From positions 1,504,312 through 1,568,311 of the forward strand of contig OZ241989.1 in NCBI GenBank assembly GCA_965204495.1: 64,000 nucleotides of DNA. Direction: 5' to 3'. The notes under the pieces are model-generated. The model was not told where the DNA came from. It ran no database searches and saw only the letters and a program-made list of their open reading frames with translations. The DNA comes from Candidatus Hopanoidivoransaceae bacterium. Its GTDB lineage: Bacteria > Actinomycetota > Acidimicrobiia > Acidimicrobiales > Hopanoidiivorantaceae. How positions within the stretch are numbered: the first letter of the stretch is position 1; each line of letters opens with the position of its first letter. The position numbers and the translations under genes are program-made. Shown in pieces: positions 21,300-30,251 of this stretch.

Positions 21300-21690
21300 G
21301 ATAAGCCTGAGATAGATTAGCCGCCAGGTCTTCCCAGCCTTCTTCTCCGTCTCTCAGATCAAGCCGTTTCTCAGATTTGACTGTGCCGTTTTCGCGGACT
21401 TTCCAATCGCCGAACCCTTTATCCAGTCTTGCGTACAAATAGCAATTCCCCACTTCGCGGCTCCATTGCACTCCGATGTACCCGTCCTCGTCAGCGAACA
21501 AGTGCGGCTCGCCCGCAGATGCATGTTCTGAAACACGCAGAAGCGAGGCTACGAAATCTCGCAAACAAGAAATGCCGGCGGGGGTTTCCGCTTCGTCGTC
21601 GGAGGCTATGCGGTTTTGGAATTGTTCAGCTATCTCGCATGCACGCCGCATGGTGCCAGATGTTGCTGGGGCATCAAATATCGTAGTCAT
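21292..21690 (-). CDS. hypothetical protein (132 aa)
   Basis: Start set at MTTIFDAP (ATG 21690), 11 nt after the amidohydrolase stop. The longer ORF-track start would overlap that gene. Confidence 0.5.
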   Translation of the reverse strand: MTTIFDAPATSGTMRRACEIAEQFQNRIASDDEAETPAGISCLRDFVASLLRVSEHASAGEPHLFADEDGYIGVQWSREVGNCYLYARLDKGFGDWKVRENGTVKSEKRLDLRDGEEGWEDLAANLSQAYHV

Positions 21691-21700
21691 GTCTTCCAGT

Positions 21701-22615
21701 CTAGCTGTCCAACTGCAGCACACGGATGGCGTTTTCTCGGAGGAATTTGGGCCAGACATGGTCGCGGAATCCGACATTGCGCATTTCTGTCATTTGGCGT
21801 TCTAGGGAGAGGCCGGCGGGGAAGTAGCCGCAGTAGATGATTTTGTCTGCGCCTCTGGTGTTGGCGTAGTTGATTATCTCTTGGGGGTAGTGCTTGGGGG
21901 CGAATGCGCTGGTGCAGTAGTGAAGCCCCGGCCATTTCAGCATCAGCTTCATCGCCAGTTTCTCCCAAGGTTCGCAGCCGTGGCGTGTTACGATCACCAG
22001 CTCGGGGAAGTCGTAGCATACTCTGTCCAGCCGTTCCACATGCTGCGGGTCGGTGGGCATGCGGGGGCCGACCACGCCGCCGTTGATGAAGATCGGGATG
22101 TTCAGCTCCACGCAGGCGGCATAGACGGGATACATTTTCGGGTCGTCAATCGGCACTTGCGGGAACTGGCCGCACGGGAAGCAGCCGACTGCTTTGATGT
22201 CGTGGGAGGCTTTGGCTTCCTTGATGCCTCGCACGGTGCCCATCACATCGTTCGGGCGGATTTCGTAGGAGAAGAAGAACCGCCCCGGGTGCCTTCGGGC
22301 TGCTTCCAGACCCTGCTCGCCCAAGCCGGTCATCGCTCGCTCTATGCCCCAGCGATCCATTTCCCGCACCGTCCATTCAATAGGGTCTTCTGAAGGGTCG
22401 ATCAGGTCGGGCACATTCTTGAACATGTATTCGGCAGGGAATTCAAACATCCCCAAAGAGTCGGCGTCTTTGAAGAGCGGCTCCATGAATGTGTAAGTGG
22501 CTTTCTTATCCTCAATAGAGGTAAAAGGAAACCCCACCCCGAGGTCGATAATCCCGCCGTCAAGCATTCCATCCCAAGGGGCCGGGTCTGTCGGGTCGGC
22601 GTAATTTGCGTTCAT
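21701..22615 (-). CDS. amidohydrolase-2 family protein
   Basis: 304 aa TIM-barrel hydrolase-like sequence (PIFINGGVVGP, VTRHGCEPW). Confidence 0.75.
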   Translation of the reverse strand: MNANYADPTDPAPWDGMLDGGIIDLGVGFPFTSIEDKKATYTFMEPLFKDADSLGMFEFPAEYMFKNVPDLIDPSEDPIEWTVREMDRWGIERAMTGLGEQGLEAARRHPGRFFFSYEIRPNDVMGTVRGIKEAKASHDIKAVGCFPCGQFPQVPIDDPKMYPVYAACVELNIPIFINGGVVGPRMPTDPQHVERLDRVCYDFPELVIVTRHGCEPWEKLAMKLMLKWPGLHYCTSAFAPKHYPQEIINYANTRGADKIIYCGYFPAGLSLERQMTEMRNVGFRDHVWPKFLRENAIRVLQLDS

Positions 22616-22658
22616 TGCTTTCTCCTGTCGGCACAGATTGACTTTTCCAGCTTAGAAG

Positions 22659-22696
22659 ATGGCTGGTTGCTGTTTCTTGAGTTCCAAGGTGAGGCG
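22659..22696. repeat. 38-bp direct repeat, left copy
   Basis: atggctggttgctgtttcttgagttccaaggtgaggcg matches 23523-23560 at 35/38 positions. Confidence 0.85.
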
Positions 22697-22781
22697 AGTC
22701 AGGCACGAGTTCCAAGATGAGACGGGAATAACAAAAACTTAACGGCTGTAGGCAGACGGAGCGAATTCCTGAAGTGGCAAT

Positions 22782-23468
22782 TCACTGTTGGTTTAGCTCT
22801 TCTGCCAGGTTTGTCACGAATGCCTGCAATTGTGGTGTCATCTGGGATGGATGCAATACGGATTCTGCTAAGTTCAATATTTCATTGGAGGACTCCAGAC
22901 CTATTTCTTTTACGAGGTAGATGATGTCTTGAATGTCCTTTTGCCGTCGAGAAGCTAGTTTCGTAGCGAGCAGGAACTCGAGGTCTTTTCTGAACGCTGT
23001 TTTCTGGCATTAGATGGTCTCTAGGAAATCGGCTTCGAAGAAGACATTGTGAATTTCGCAGACAGGCGGAGCCTTCAGTTTGGCAGGGGCACCGAGAGGC
23101 GAATTTGCGTCTATACCCCAAATCGTTCGTTCGCTGTCAGATCTAGCCTCGTGAACCCACTCGGGAGGTGGCAGCGCATCTCTCAAGCACAGAGCATGGA
23201 CCACAGCAGCGAGTGATGCGAGATCGTCAGTGTGAATGCCGCTGCGATCTAAACAGCCGCCTTCCAGCATGTGCTCCTTGCCTTCCAGAGTGGTGCTGTT
23301 CCAGTGCATTATGAAAGTGGTCAGCGCGCTTCTGCGGTCGCATCCCGTTAGACGATCTTCAGCCAAAGCCCGTGCTGTGTCGGAAACAGTGACGCACCGA
23401 TCAGGAGACAGCGGAGTCCATCCACTCTCCTGTCTTTGCTGCCACAGATTTCTAGCCTTTATATTCAC
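22782..23468 (-). pseudogene. 228-codon reading frame interrupted by one in-frame TAA (23010-23012)
   Basis: The 152-aa ORF (GTG 23468) ends ...FFEADFLETI*. The same frame continues for 75 codons (CQKTAFRKDLEFLLATKLASRRQKDIQDIIYLVKEIGLES...NQQ*) with no start codon of its own. Confidence 0.6.
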
Positions 23469-23522
23469 ATTCCTAGTTTATTCAGTTCGCTTGTTCTAGC
23501 TACGAGACATTTGTTTGGGAAA

Positions 23523-23710
23523 ATGGCTGAGTGCTGTTTCTTGAGTTCCAAGATGAGGCGGGGAGAGGCGTTGCGAGTTCCCATGTGAGGCGGGGACGAT
23601 GTGTCTGGTTGAACGCAAAGCCCAAGAAGCAAAAGGGTAAGGTTCAGCAAAAAAGATGCACCGTTGCCCTGCGGTTGAAGTTGTTTACTAGAAGATGCGC
23701 CGTTATCCGC
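23523..23710. repeat. right 38-bp direct repeat plus degenerate MITE/REP-like copy
   Basis: Contains the partner of 22659-22696, followed by GAGTTCC..GAGGCGGGGACG and AAAAAGATGCACCGTTGCCC half-sites. Confidence 0.7.
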
Positions 23711-23743
23711 AAACATCCAACTGCAGTAATAGGCTGAATACCC

Positions 23744-26008
23744 ATGAAGCGACTATCCCCCCGTAACTTCTTAGCTTTTTGCCTGTTGACGCTAATAGCC
23801 CTGCTAGCCGCAAGCTGCTCTAGCAGTTCCGACAGATCAAGCACAGACAGATCCCCCGTCTTCGCCGAAGCCGCAACACCCGACAATCCAGCCACTGCTG
23901 TAGCTGCCGGAGTGGGGCTTTCTTGCGCGCTTCGCGAAGGCGGTGCCATTTCCTGCTGGGGCTTCAACGGGGACGGCCGGTCAGGCGATGGATCTGATGA
24001 GGGTTCTTTGGTGCCTGTGGGTGTTGTGGGTATTGATGATGCTACTGCTATAGCTGCCGGCGTGACGCATTTTTGTGCGCTTCGCCAGGGTGGGGCTATT
24101 TCCTGCTGGGGCTCCAACTGGGCTGGCGAACTGGGCGATGGATCTGATGAGGGTTCTTTGGTGCCTGTGGGTGTTGTGGGTATTGATGATGCTGCTGCTA
24201 TCTCTGCTGGCGGGAGGCATTCTTGCGCGCTTCGCGAAGGCGGGGCTATTTCCTGCTGGGGCGACAACTGGGGTGGCCAGTTAGGCGATGGATCTGATGA
24301 GGGTTCTTTGGTGCCTGTGGGTGTTGTGGGTATTGATGATGCTGCTGCTATCTCTGCTGGCGGGAGGCATTCTTGCGCGCTTCGCGAAGGCGGTACTATT
24401 TCCTGCTGGGGCTTCAACGGGAACGGCCAGTTAGGCGATGGATCTTATGACGCCCTTTCTTTGGTGCCTGTGGGGGTTGTGGGTATTGATGATGCTACTG
24501 CTATCTCTGCCGGCGGGGGGCATTCTTGCGCGCTTCGCGAAGGCGGTACTATTTCCTGTTGGGGCTTCAATGGGGGCAGCCAGTCCGTCAGGGGCGGCCG
24601 GTTAGGGTTAGGCGATGGATCTGATGAGGGTTCTTTGGTGCCTGTGGGTGTTGTGGGAATCACTGACGCCATAGCCATCACCGCAGGCGCCTTTCATTCT
24701 TGCGCGCTTCGCGAAGGCGGTGCTATTTCCTGCTGGGGCGACAACCAATACGGCCAGTTGGGTGACGGATCTTATGACGCCCTTTCTTTGGTGCCTGTGG
24801 TGGTTGTGGGTATTGATGATGCTACTGCTATCTCTGCCGGCGGGGGGCATTCTTGCGCGCTTCGCCGAGGCGGTGTTATTTCCTGCTGGGGAGACAACGA
24901 GCTCGGCCTGTCAGGCGACGGATCCGATGAGGGTTCTCTAATATCTGTGGAGGTTGTGGGCGTTGCTGATGCCATTGCTGTCGATGCAGGTGATATTCAT
25001 TCTTGCGCGCTTTACCAGGGCGGCGTTATTTCCTGCTGGGGCAACAATGAATACGGCCAGTTAGGCAATGGAACTGGTAAGGGTTCTTTCGTGCCTGTGG
25101 AGGTTGTGGGTATCGATGATGCCATTGCTGTCGATGCAGGTGATATTCATTCTTGCGCGCTCCACCAAGAAGGCACTATTTCCTGCTGGGGCGACAACCA
25201 ATACGGCCAGTTAGGAGATGGATCCGATAATGACTTTTCTTTGGTGCCTGTGGGGGTTGTGGGTATCACTGATGCCACAGCAATTACTGCAGGCTGGAGG
25301 CGTTCTTGCGCGCTTCGCCAGGGCGGTGTTATTTCCTGCTGGGGCATCAACAGTAGGCTAGGTATTGGACTTGATGAGCGTTCTTTGGTGCCTGTGGGGG
25401 TTGCGGGTATCGATGATGCCATTGCTGTCGATGCAGGTGATGGGCATTCTTGCGCGCTTCGCCAGGGCGGTGTTATTTCCTGTTGGGGCTCCAACTGGGA
25501 TGGTGAGCTGGGCGATGGATCTGATGAGGGTTCTTTGGTGCCTGTGGGGGTTGTGGGTATCGATGATGCTACTGCTATAGCTGCAGGTGATGGGCATTCT
25601 TGCGCGCTTCGCCAAGGCGGTGCTATTTCCTGCTGGGGCTTAAACGGAAACGGCCAGTTAGGCGATGGATCTGATGAGGGTTCTTTGGTGCCTGTGGGGG
25701 TTGTGGGTATTGATGATGCTACTGCTATTGCTGCTGGTTGGGGGCATTCTTGTGCACTTCGCCAAGGCGGTGCTATTTCCTGCTGGGGCGACAACGATCT
25801 CGGCCGGTCAGGCGACGGATCCGGTGAGGGTTCTTTGGTGCCTGTGGGGGTTGTGGGTATTGATGATGCTACTGCTATTGCTGCTGGTGATGGGCATTCT
25901 TGTGCGCTTCGTCGAGGCGGTGTTATTTCCTGCTGGGGCGACAACGAATACGGTCAGCTAGGCGGCGGCGTTCGTCTGCCGCGATTTGTTGTCGGCTTCG
26001 GGGGCTGA
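23744..26008 (+). CDS. RCC1-repeat (beta-propeller) protein with signal peptide / probable lipoprotein
   Basis: N-terminus LTLIALLAASCSSSSD, then 14 units of GGAISCWG.N..GQLGDGSDEGSLVPVGVVGIDDATAIAAG..HSCALR. Confidence 0.85.
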   Translation: MKRLSPRNFLAFCLLTLIALLAASCSSSSDRSSTDRSPVFAEAATPDNPATAVAAGVGLSCALREGGAISCWGFNGDGRSGDGSDEGSLVPVGVVGIDDATAIAAGVTHFCALRQGGAISCWGSNWAGELGDGSDEGSLVPVGVVGIDDAAAISAGGRHSCALREGGAISCWGDNWGGQLGDGSDEGSLVPVGVVGIDDAAAISAGGRHSCALREGGTISCWGFNGNGQLGDGSYDALSLVPVGVVGIDDATAISAGGGHSCALREGGTISCWGFNGGSQSVRGGRLGLGDGSDEGSLVPVGVVGITDAIAITAGAFHSCALREGGAISCWGDNQYGQLGDGSYDALSLVPVVVVGIDDATAISAGGGHSCALRRGGVISCWGDNELGLSGDGSDEGSLISVEVVGVADAIAVDAGDIHSCALYQGGVISCWGNNEYGQLGNGTGKGSFVPVEVVGIDDAIAVDAGDIHSCALHQEGTISCWGDNQYGQLGDGSDNDFSLVPVGVVGITDATAITAGWRRSCALRQGGVISCWGINSRLGIGLDERSLVPVGVAGIDDAIAVDAGDGHSCALRQGGVISCWGSNWDGELGDGSDEGSLVPVGVVGIDDATAIAAGDGHSCALRQGGAISCWGLNGNGQLGDGSDEGSLVPVGVVGIDDATAIAAGWGHSCALRQGGAISCWGDNDLGRSGDGSGEGSLVPVGVVGIDDATAIAAGDGHSCALRRGGVISCWGDNEYGQLGGGVRLPRFVVGFGG
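23924..25979 (+). repeat. 14 tandem RCC1 coding repeats (~153-165 nt) with long stretches of near-identical DNA
   Basis: Strings such as ggatctgatgagggttctttggtgcctgtggg.gttgtgggtat.gatgatgc recur throughout. Confidence 0.85.
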
Positions 26009-26129
26009 TTTTGTCTGGGTTTCTCTGTCACAGCTTTGAGGCCTGTTTCCCCGTATTGGCAATCACTTTATCCTGCGACGGTTGAAACCTCTAAGATAGT
26101 GCAGGCACAAAATATGAAAGGCAAGCACT

Positions 26130-26990
26130 ATGGCTAAGAGATTTTCAGGGCGCAATGCGGTCGTCACGGGGGCTAGTCGTGGCATCGGGGCGGCGATTGC
26201 CGAGCGGCTGGCGGCGGACGGGGCTAATGTGGCTATCGCAGCTCGCACATTAGACGAGCATCCGGTGCTGCCCGGCAGCCTCAACGAAACGCTCGCCAAG
26301 CTGAACTCTTACGGCGGCACGCACGCGAGCATCGTGGCCGACATGGGCGACCCGGAGTCTCGCGAAGGTCTGATTGTCAAAGCCAAGGAACACCTCGGCG
26401 GCCCCATAGACATCCTCGTGAACAACGCGGCGGCAGCTATCTACATGCCCTTAGCCGAGTATCCGCTGCGCCGTGTGCGCCTGATGATGGAGATAAACCT
26501 GCTCGCCCCGATCGACCTCACCCAGCAAGCCCTGCCCGACATGATTGAAGCAGACGAAGCCTGGGTGGTGAACCTCTCCAGCGCGACTGCCAACTACGAA
26601 CCGGGCCCGCCGTATCGCCAGAGCGAGCTGCTGGAGGTGATGGGCATCTACGGCGCATCCAAAGCAGCCCTCAACCGCATGACCAACGCCTTCTCGGTGG
26701 AGACCCACAAGCACTCCATACGCATGAACACGATAGAACCCAGAGCTGCGGTTCTGAGCGAAGGGGCGGACATCAAGGTGGGCGAAATGCTCTCGTCAGA
26801 ACAGATTGAATCCATGGAGGCAATGGTTGAAGCTGCCGTGTTCCTCTGCGATTGCGAACCGGATTTCACCGGCAGAGTATGCTCCAGCTTGGATTTGATT
26901 GAAGAGCAGAACCTGATGGTGATGACTCTGGGCGGGGACGAGCCGTATCCCGGAGGCATCAGACCGATAGGCAGCCCGCTGCTGGATTGA
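26130..26990 (+). CDS. SDR family oxidoreductase
   Basis: VTGASRGIGAAIA, NNAA, YGASKAALN. Confidence 0.85.
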   Translation: MAKRFSGRNAVVTGASRGIGAAIAERLAADGANVAIAARTLDEHPVLPGSLNETLAKLNSYGGTHASIVADMGDPESREGLIVKAKEHLGGPIDILVNNAAAAIYMPLAEYPLRRVRLMMEINLLAPIDLTQQALPDMIEADEAWVVNLSSATANYEPGPPYRQSELLEVMGIYGASKAALNRMTNAFSVETHKHSIRMNTIEPRAAVLSEGADIKVGEMLSSEQIESMEAMVEAAVFLCDCEPDFTGRVCSSLDLIEEQNLMVMTLGGDEPYPGGIRPIGSPLLD

Positions 26991-27847
26991 GCGAAGCTGT
27001 GGCAGAAGAAAGCTCAACAGTTCTCTTTGATGTGAGCGACCGAGTGGCGACCATCACTTTGAACCGCCCCGAAGTGCTGAACGCCTTCAGCGCACCGATG
27101 GGCCAAGAGCTATCCGCTGCCCTGCGCCGATGCGACAAAGAAGAGGAAATCAGAGCGGTGGTGATAACAGGAGCAGGCAGGGCGTTTTGCTCCGGGGCGG
27201 ATTTTTCACAGGGTGCCAAAGTCTTTGACGCTCCGACAGATCGGGGAAGCTTCAAGTCCGACCCGTTTGATTTCCACCCTTGGGATGTGCGAAAGCCCGT
27301 GATAGCAGCCATCAACGGCCACGCTGTAGGTCTGGGCTTCACCATGACGCTTCAGTGCGACATCCGTCTAATCGCCAAAGATGCCAAGTGCGGGGTGGTT
27401 CAAGCGAGGAGAGGAGTGATGCCAGACTTGCGATCTCATTGGACGCTGCCGAGAACTGTCGGTTTCGCCAAAGCTGCCGAGCTGCTGCTGACAGGCAAAA
27501 TGTTCAGCGGCCAAGACGCAGCCGACTGGGGACTGGCGAGCCAAGCTTTGCCAGCCGAAGAAGTTCTGCCCGCAGCTCAAGAAATGGCCAAAGACATTGC
27601 CGTCAACACCGCTCCCGTATCGGTGGGTCTGATCAAGAGACTGCTCTGGAGCGACCCTGCCCTCACAGGCGAAGAGGCCAACTATTTGGAACAGCAGCTT
27701 CACCTCCATGTGATGGGCGCCCCCGACGCGAAGGAAGGACCGACAGCTTGGGCGGAGCGACGCGATCCGCAATGGCAGATGACCATAACAGCCGACTGGC
27801 CAGACTGGCCTGCGGCAGACAACGGGAAATCAAGCGAAGAGGAGTGA
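26987..27847 (+). CDS. enoyl-CoA hydratase/isomerase (crotonase) family
   Basis: ITLNRPEVLNAF, GAGRAFCSGADF. The TTG start overlaps the upstream stop. Confidence 0.85.
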   Translation: MSEAVAEESSTVLFDVSDRVATITLNRPEVLNAFSAPMGQELSAALRRCDKEEEIRAVVITGAGRAFCSGADFSQGAKVFDAPTDRGSFKSDPFDFHPWDVRKPVIAAINGHAVGLGFTMTLQCDIRLIAKDAKCGVVQARRGVMPDLRSHWTLPRTVGFAKAAELLLTGKMFSGQDAADWGLASQALPAEEVLPAAQEMAKDIAVNTAPVSVGLIKRLLWSDPALTGEEANYLEQQLHLHVMGAPDAKEGPTAWAERRDPQWQMTITADWPDWPAADNGKSSEEE

Positions 27848-27851
27848 AGCG

Positions 27852-28580
27852 ATGCGAGCTCTAGTGGTCGGCTTTGGAGAAGTGGCCGAGCAGCTGCGGT
27901 CGGGGTTGTCGGATAGAGGCTGGGATGTGGCGGCAGTTTCTGGAGGCGGTTCTGAATCTGGCGCATCTAATACTGGTTTCGCTTCAGACAAATCTGGCTC
28001 TGACCCTGTGGCATCAAGAAGTGTGGAAGTATCTAACGGCACAGCATCAAAAAGCGCAGCATCCCAAGCTGGGCTCGACATGCTCGTCTTCGTTTGCCCG
28101 TGTCCGCAAGAGCCGAAAAGCTGTGTGGATATGAGCGAGGAGATGTGGACGCAAGGCTGCGAACAGCCAATAGCGGAATCCCTGACTTGTCTTGCTCAGC
28201 ATCGCGATGCACTCTTGGCGACCGGGGGCCATGTGGTATTCGTGGTGCCGAGCTTCGCTATGTCGGGGGCCAAAGGCTTTTCCGCCGTAGCCGCAGCAGG
28301 CGAAGGTTTGCGAACCCTAGCCAAAGGTGCAGCCAAGCAATGGGGAAAAGACAATGTGCGGGTGAACACCGTTGCGCTAGACCCGCAGCATTTCGTACCT
28401 GGCGAAGCGGGCAAACAGCTCTCGGCAGTGATGGGTCTGGCAACCTCATCCGGTTTCGGACACAAAGGCGACATCGCCACCGACATCGCCTCCGCTCTGG
28501 ATTGGCTGACCGCAGAAGATGCCCACTTCATCACCGGCACTACCCTTGTTCTAGATGGCGGCATTTGGATGGCTGGGTGA
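27852..28580 (+). CDS. atypical SDR-like oxidoreductase
   Basis: The C-terminal half is SDR-like (NTVALDP, FITGTTLVLDGG). The N-terminal glycine motif is degenerate, and there is a low-complexity insert. Confidence 0.55.
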   Translation: MRALVVGFGEVAEQLRSGLSDRGWDVAAVSGGGSESGASNTGFASDKSGSDPVASRSVEVSNGTASKSAASQAGLDMLVFVCPCPQEPKSCVDMSEEMWTQGCEQPIAESLTCLAQHRDALLATGGHVVFVVPSFAMSGAKGFSAVAAAGEGLRTLAKGAAKQWGKDNVRVNTVALDPQHFVPGEAGKQLSAVMGLATSSGFGHKGDIATDIASALDWLTAEDAHFITGTTLVLDGGIWMAG

Positions 28581-28601
28581 TGCGGACAATATATCTTTGT
28601 T

Positions 28602-28683
28602 CAACCGCAGGGCAACGGCGCATCTTTTTTATGCTCAGACAAGAAAACTCGCCTAAAAAAGACACGCCGTCCCCCTGCTACCC
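28602..28683 (+). repeat. dispersed MITE/REP-like repeat, full copy
   Basis: caaccgcagggcaacggcgcatcttttttatgctcagac...cgcctaaaaaagacacgccgtccccctgctaccc. Confidence 0.8.
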
Positions 28684-28718
28684 TTCATCAGAAGTCTGAA
28701 AGAAAGTCAGAGAGCATT

Positions 28719-29489
28719 GTGAGCGACAAAAATCTCTTAGAAAACACCTCAGCCGTTGTCACTGGCGCGGGGGCGGGTGTCGGCAAGGGCATTGCGGATG
28801 CTCTTGCATCGGAAGGGGCGCATGTGGTTGTTGCTGCTCGTCGTGCGGAGAACGGGGAACCCGCAGCCGAGGAGATACGAGCGGCAGGCGGGAGCGCCCA
28901 GTTCGTCCGCTGCGATGTGGCTTCACGAGACGACATCTTCGCAGCCGTGGAAGCGGCAGTGGAGGCGACAGGCCGATTGGACTGTCTTGTCCATAACGCC
29001 CTAGGTGATGTCGGGCCGCCGAGCGCGGTTCAGGAAATCCCTGAGCAGATATGGGAGAACATGCGCACCACTGCCCTGCGAGCTTCTTTTGACTGCGCCC
29101 AAGCCGCCTATCCCCATCTGCTAAAAACGCAGGGTAGCTGCATTTTCTTGTCGTCTTCGGCGGGAGTGGAAGGCAGCGCGCACCTTCCTCTTTATGGGGC
29201 AGTCAAGGCAGCCCAGCGTGGCTTTGCCAAGAGCTTGGCTCTGGAATGGGGAGGCGAAGGCATCCGCGTCAATCTCATCAACCCCGTGGCGTTCACCCCC
29301 GCAATGGAGAGGGCTTACGCGGCCAACCCCGCCCTAGAACAGGCCTTGGCAGACACAACCCCTCTAGGCAGAGTAGGCGACCCCGCAAGCGACATCGGCC
29401 CGGCAGCAGTGTTCTTGGCGAGCGAAATGTCGCGCTACATCACCGGCCAGACGATCACCGTAGACGGCGGAGCCTTCATGGGGCTTTAG
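28719..29489 (+). CDS. SDR family oxidoreductase (FabG-like)
   Basis: VTGAGAGVGKGIA, YGAVKAAQ, ITGQTITVDGG. GTG start. Confidence 0.85.
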   Translation: MSDKNLLENTSAVVTGAGAGVGKGIADALASEGAHVVVAARRAENGEPAAEEIRAAGGSAQFVRCDVASRDDIFAAVEAAVEATGRLDCLVHNALGDVGPPSAVQEIPEQIWENMRTTALRASFDCAQAAYPHLLKTQGSCIFLSSSAGVEGSAHLPLYGAVKAAQRGFAKSLALEWGGEGIRVNLINPVAFTPAMERAYAANPALEQALADTTPLGRVGDPASDIGPAAVFLASEMSRYITGQTITVDGGAFMGL

Positions 29490-29965
29490 CCAGACATCTC
29501 CCGAATAGCTTCTAGGCACTCCGTTGCATGCTCGGAGAGGTCGTGTTCGCCGGCGTCTAGGTCGAAAGTTTTGCGGATGACGCCTTCAGGGTCTATCAAA
29601 TAGGTAATGCGGCGGGGGATGCCGTATTCATGCATCGGCATGTCGGGTGTGCGCTCGGCTTGATACAGCTTTCCGACCGATTTATCGGTGTCTGCTATGA
29701 GCTTGTAGGGGAAAGACTCTGCTTCGGCGAAAGTCTTTTGGTCGTCTACGGTGTCGAATGATGCCCCTACGATGACGGTGTTTGCGTCTGTGATTTCTTG
29801 GGCTCTATCACGGAGCCCTTGACCTTCAACCGTTCAACCAGGGGTTGAAGCCTTCGGATACCACCAGAAGATGATCCAACTGCCACGCAGTCCCTCCAGC
29901 GATACTGTCTCGCCGTCTTGGTCGGAGCATGAAAACCCCGGTGCCGATGTGCCGACTTCAAGCAT
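29486..29965 (-). CDS. bcp: Bcp-type peroxiredoxin with in-frame TGA at the peroxidatic Cys position (putative selenocysteine)
   Basis: ATG 29965 is preceded by AAGGAG. The 159-codon frame is open except for TGA at 29834-29836. WWYPKASTPG[TGA]TVEGQGLRDR parallels E. coli Bcp YFYPKAMTPGCTVQACGLRDN. It is not in the ORF track. Confidence 0.7.
29800..29836 (-). promoter_or_regulatory. candidate bacterial SECIS: UGA plus hairpin GGGCUC-CGUGAUA-GAGCCC
   Basis: A 6-bp G/C stem with a 7-nt loop begins 15 nt after the UGA on the coding strand. Confidence 0.5.
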
Positions 29966-30055
29966 GTTTTTCTCCTTTTGTTATCTCCCCGCGTGCGTCG
30001 CGGCTCACTTGCTATTGTAATGAGTCTGCAACAGGTTTCAAGGCAAAGCTTGGTG

Positions 30056-30240
30056 ATTCCAAGGTAAGGCGGGGGGCGGTGTGTCTTTTTTTGGCGTGTC
30101 TGGTTTAGCGAAAAAGCTTTCTTAGCAAAAGGGTAAGGTTCAGCCAAAAAAAGATGCGCCGTTGCCCGCCGTGCAATAGCAAGAACTATCAAAGAAAAGC
30201 CAAAAAGACACGCCCCCGCCGTGCAATAGCAAAAACCATC
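30056..30240. repeat. composite copy of the dispersed MITE/REP-like repeat
   Basis: ttccaaggtaaggcggggggcggtgtgtcttttt ... aaaaagatgcgccgttgcccgccgtgcaatagca ... aaaaagacacgcccccgccgtgcaatagcaaaaacc. Confidence 0.75.
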
Positions 30241-30251
30241 AAAGCAAAACC

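Noticed and set aside
23644-25944. Long minus-strand ORFs (257 aa at 23644-24417 and 265 aa at 25147-25944, plus smaller ones) with PTGTKEPSSDPSP repeats
   Set aside because: They are antisense shadow frames of the RCC1-repeat gene. Their periodicity mirrors the plus-strand repeats, and the plus frame has a signal peptide and clear RCC1 motifs.
29767-30192. 141-aa minus-strand track ORF
   Set aside because: It runs through the dispersed repeat copies and overlaps the 5' part of the Bcp gene in a different frame. The Bcp frame has strong homology and an RBS.
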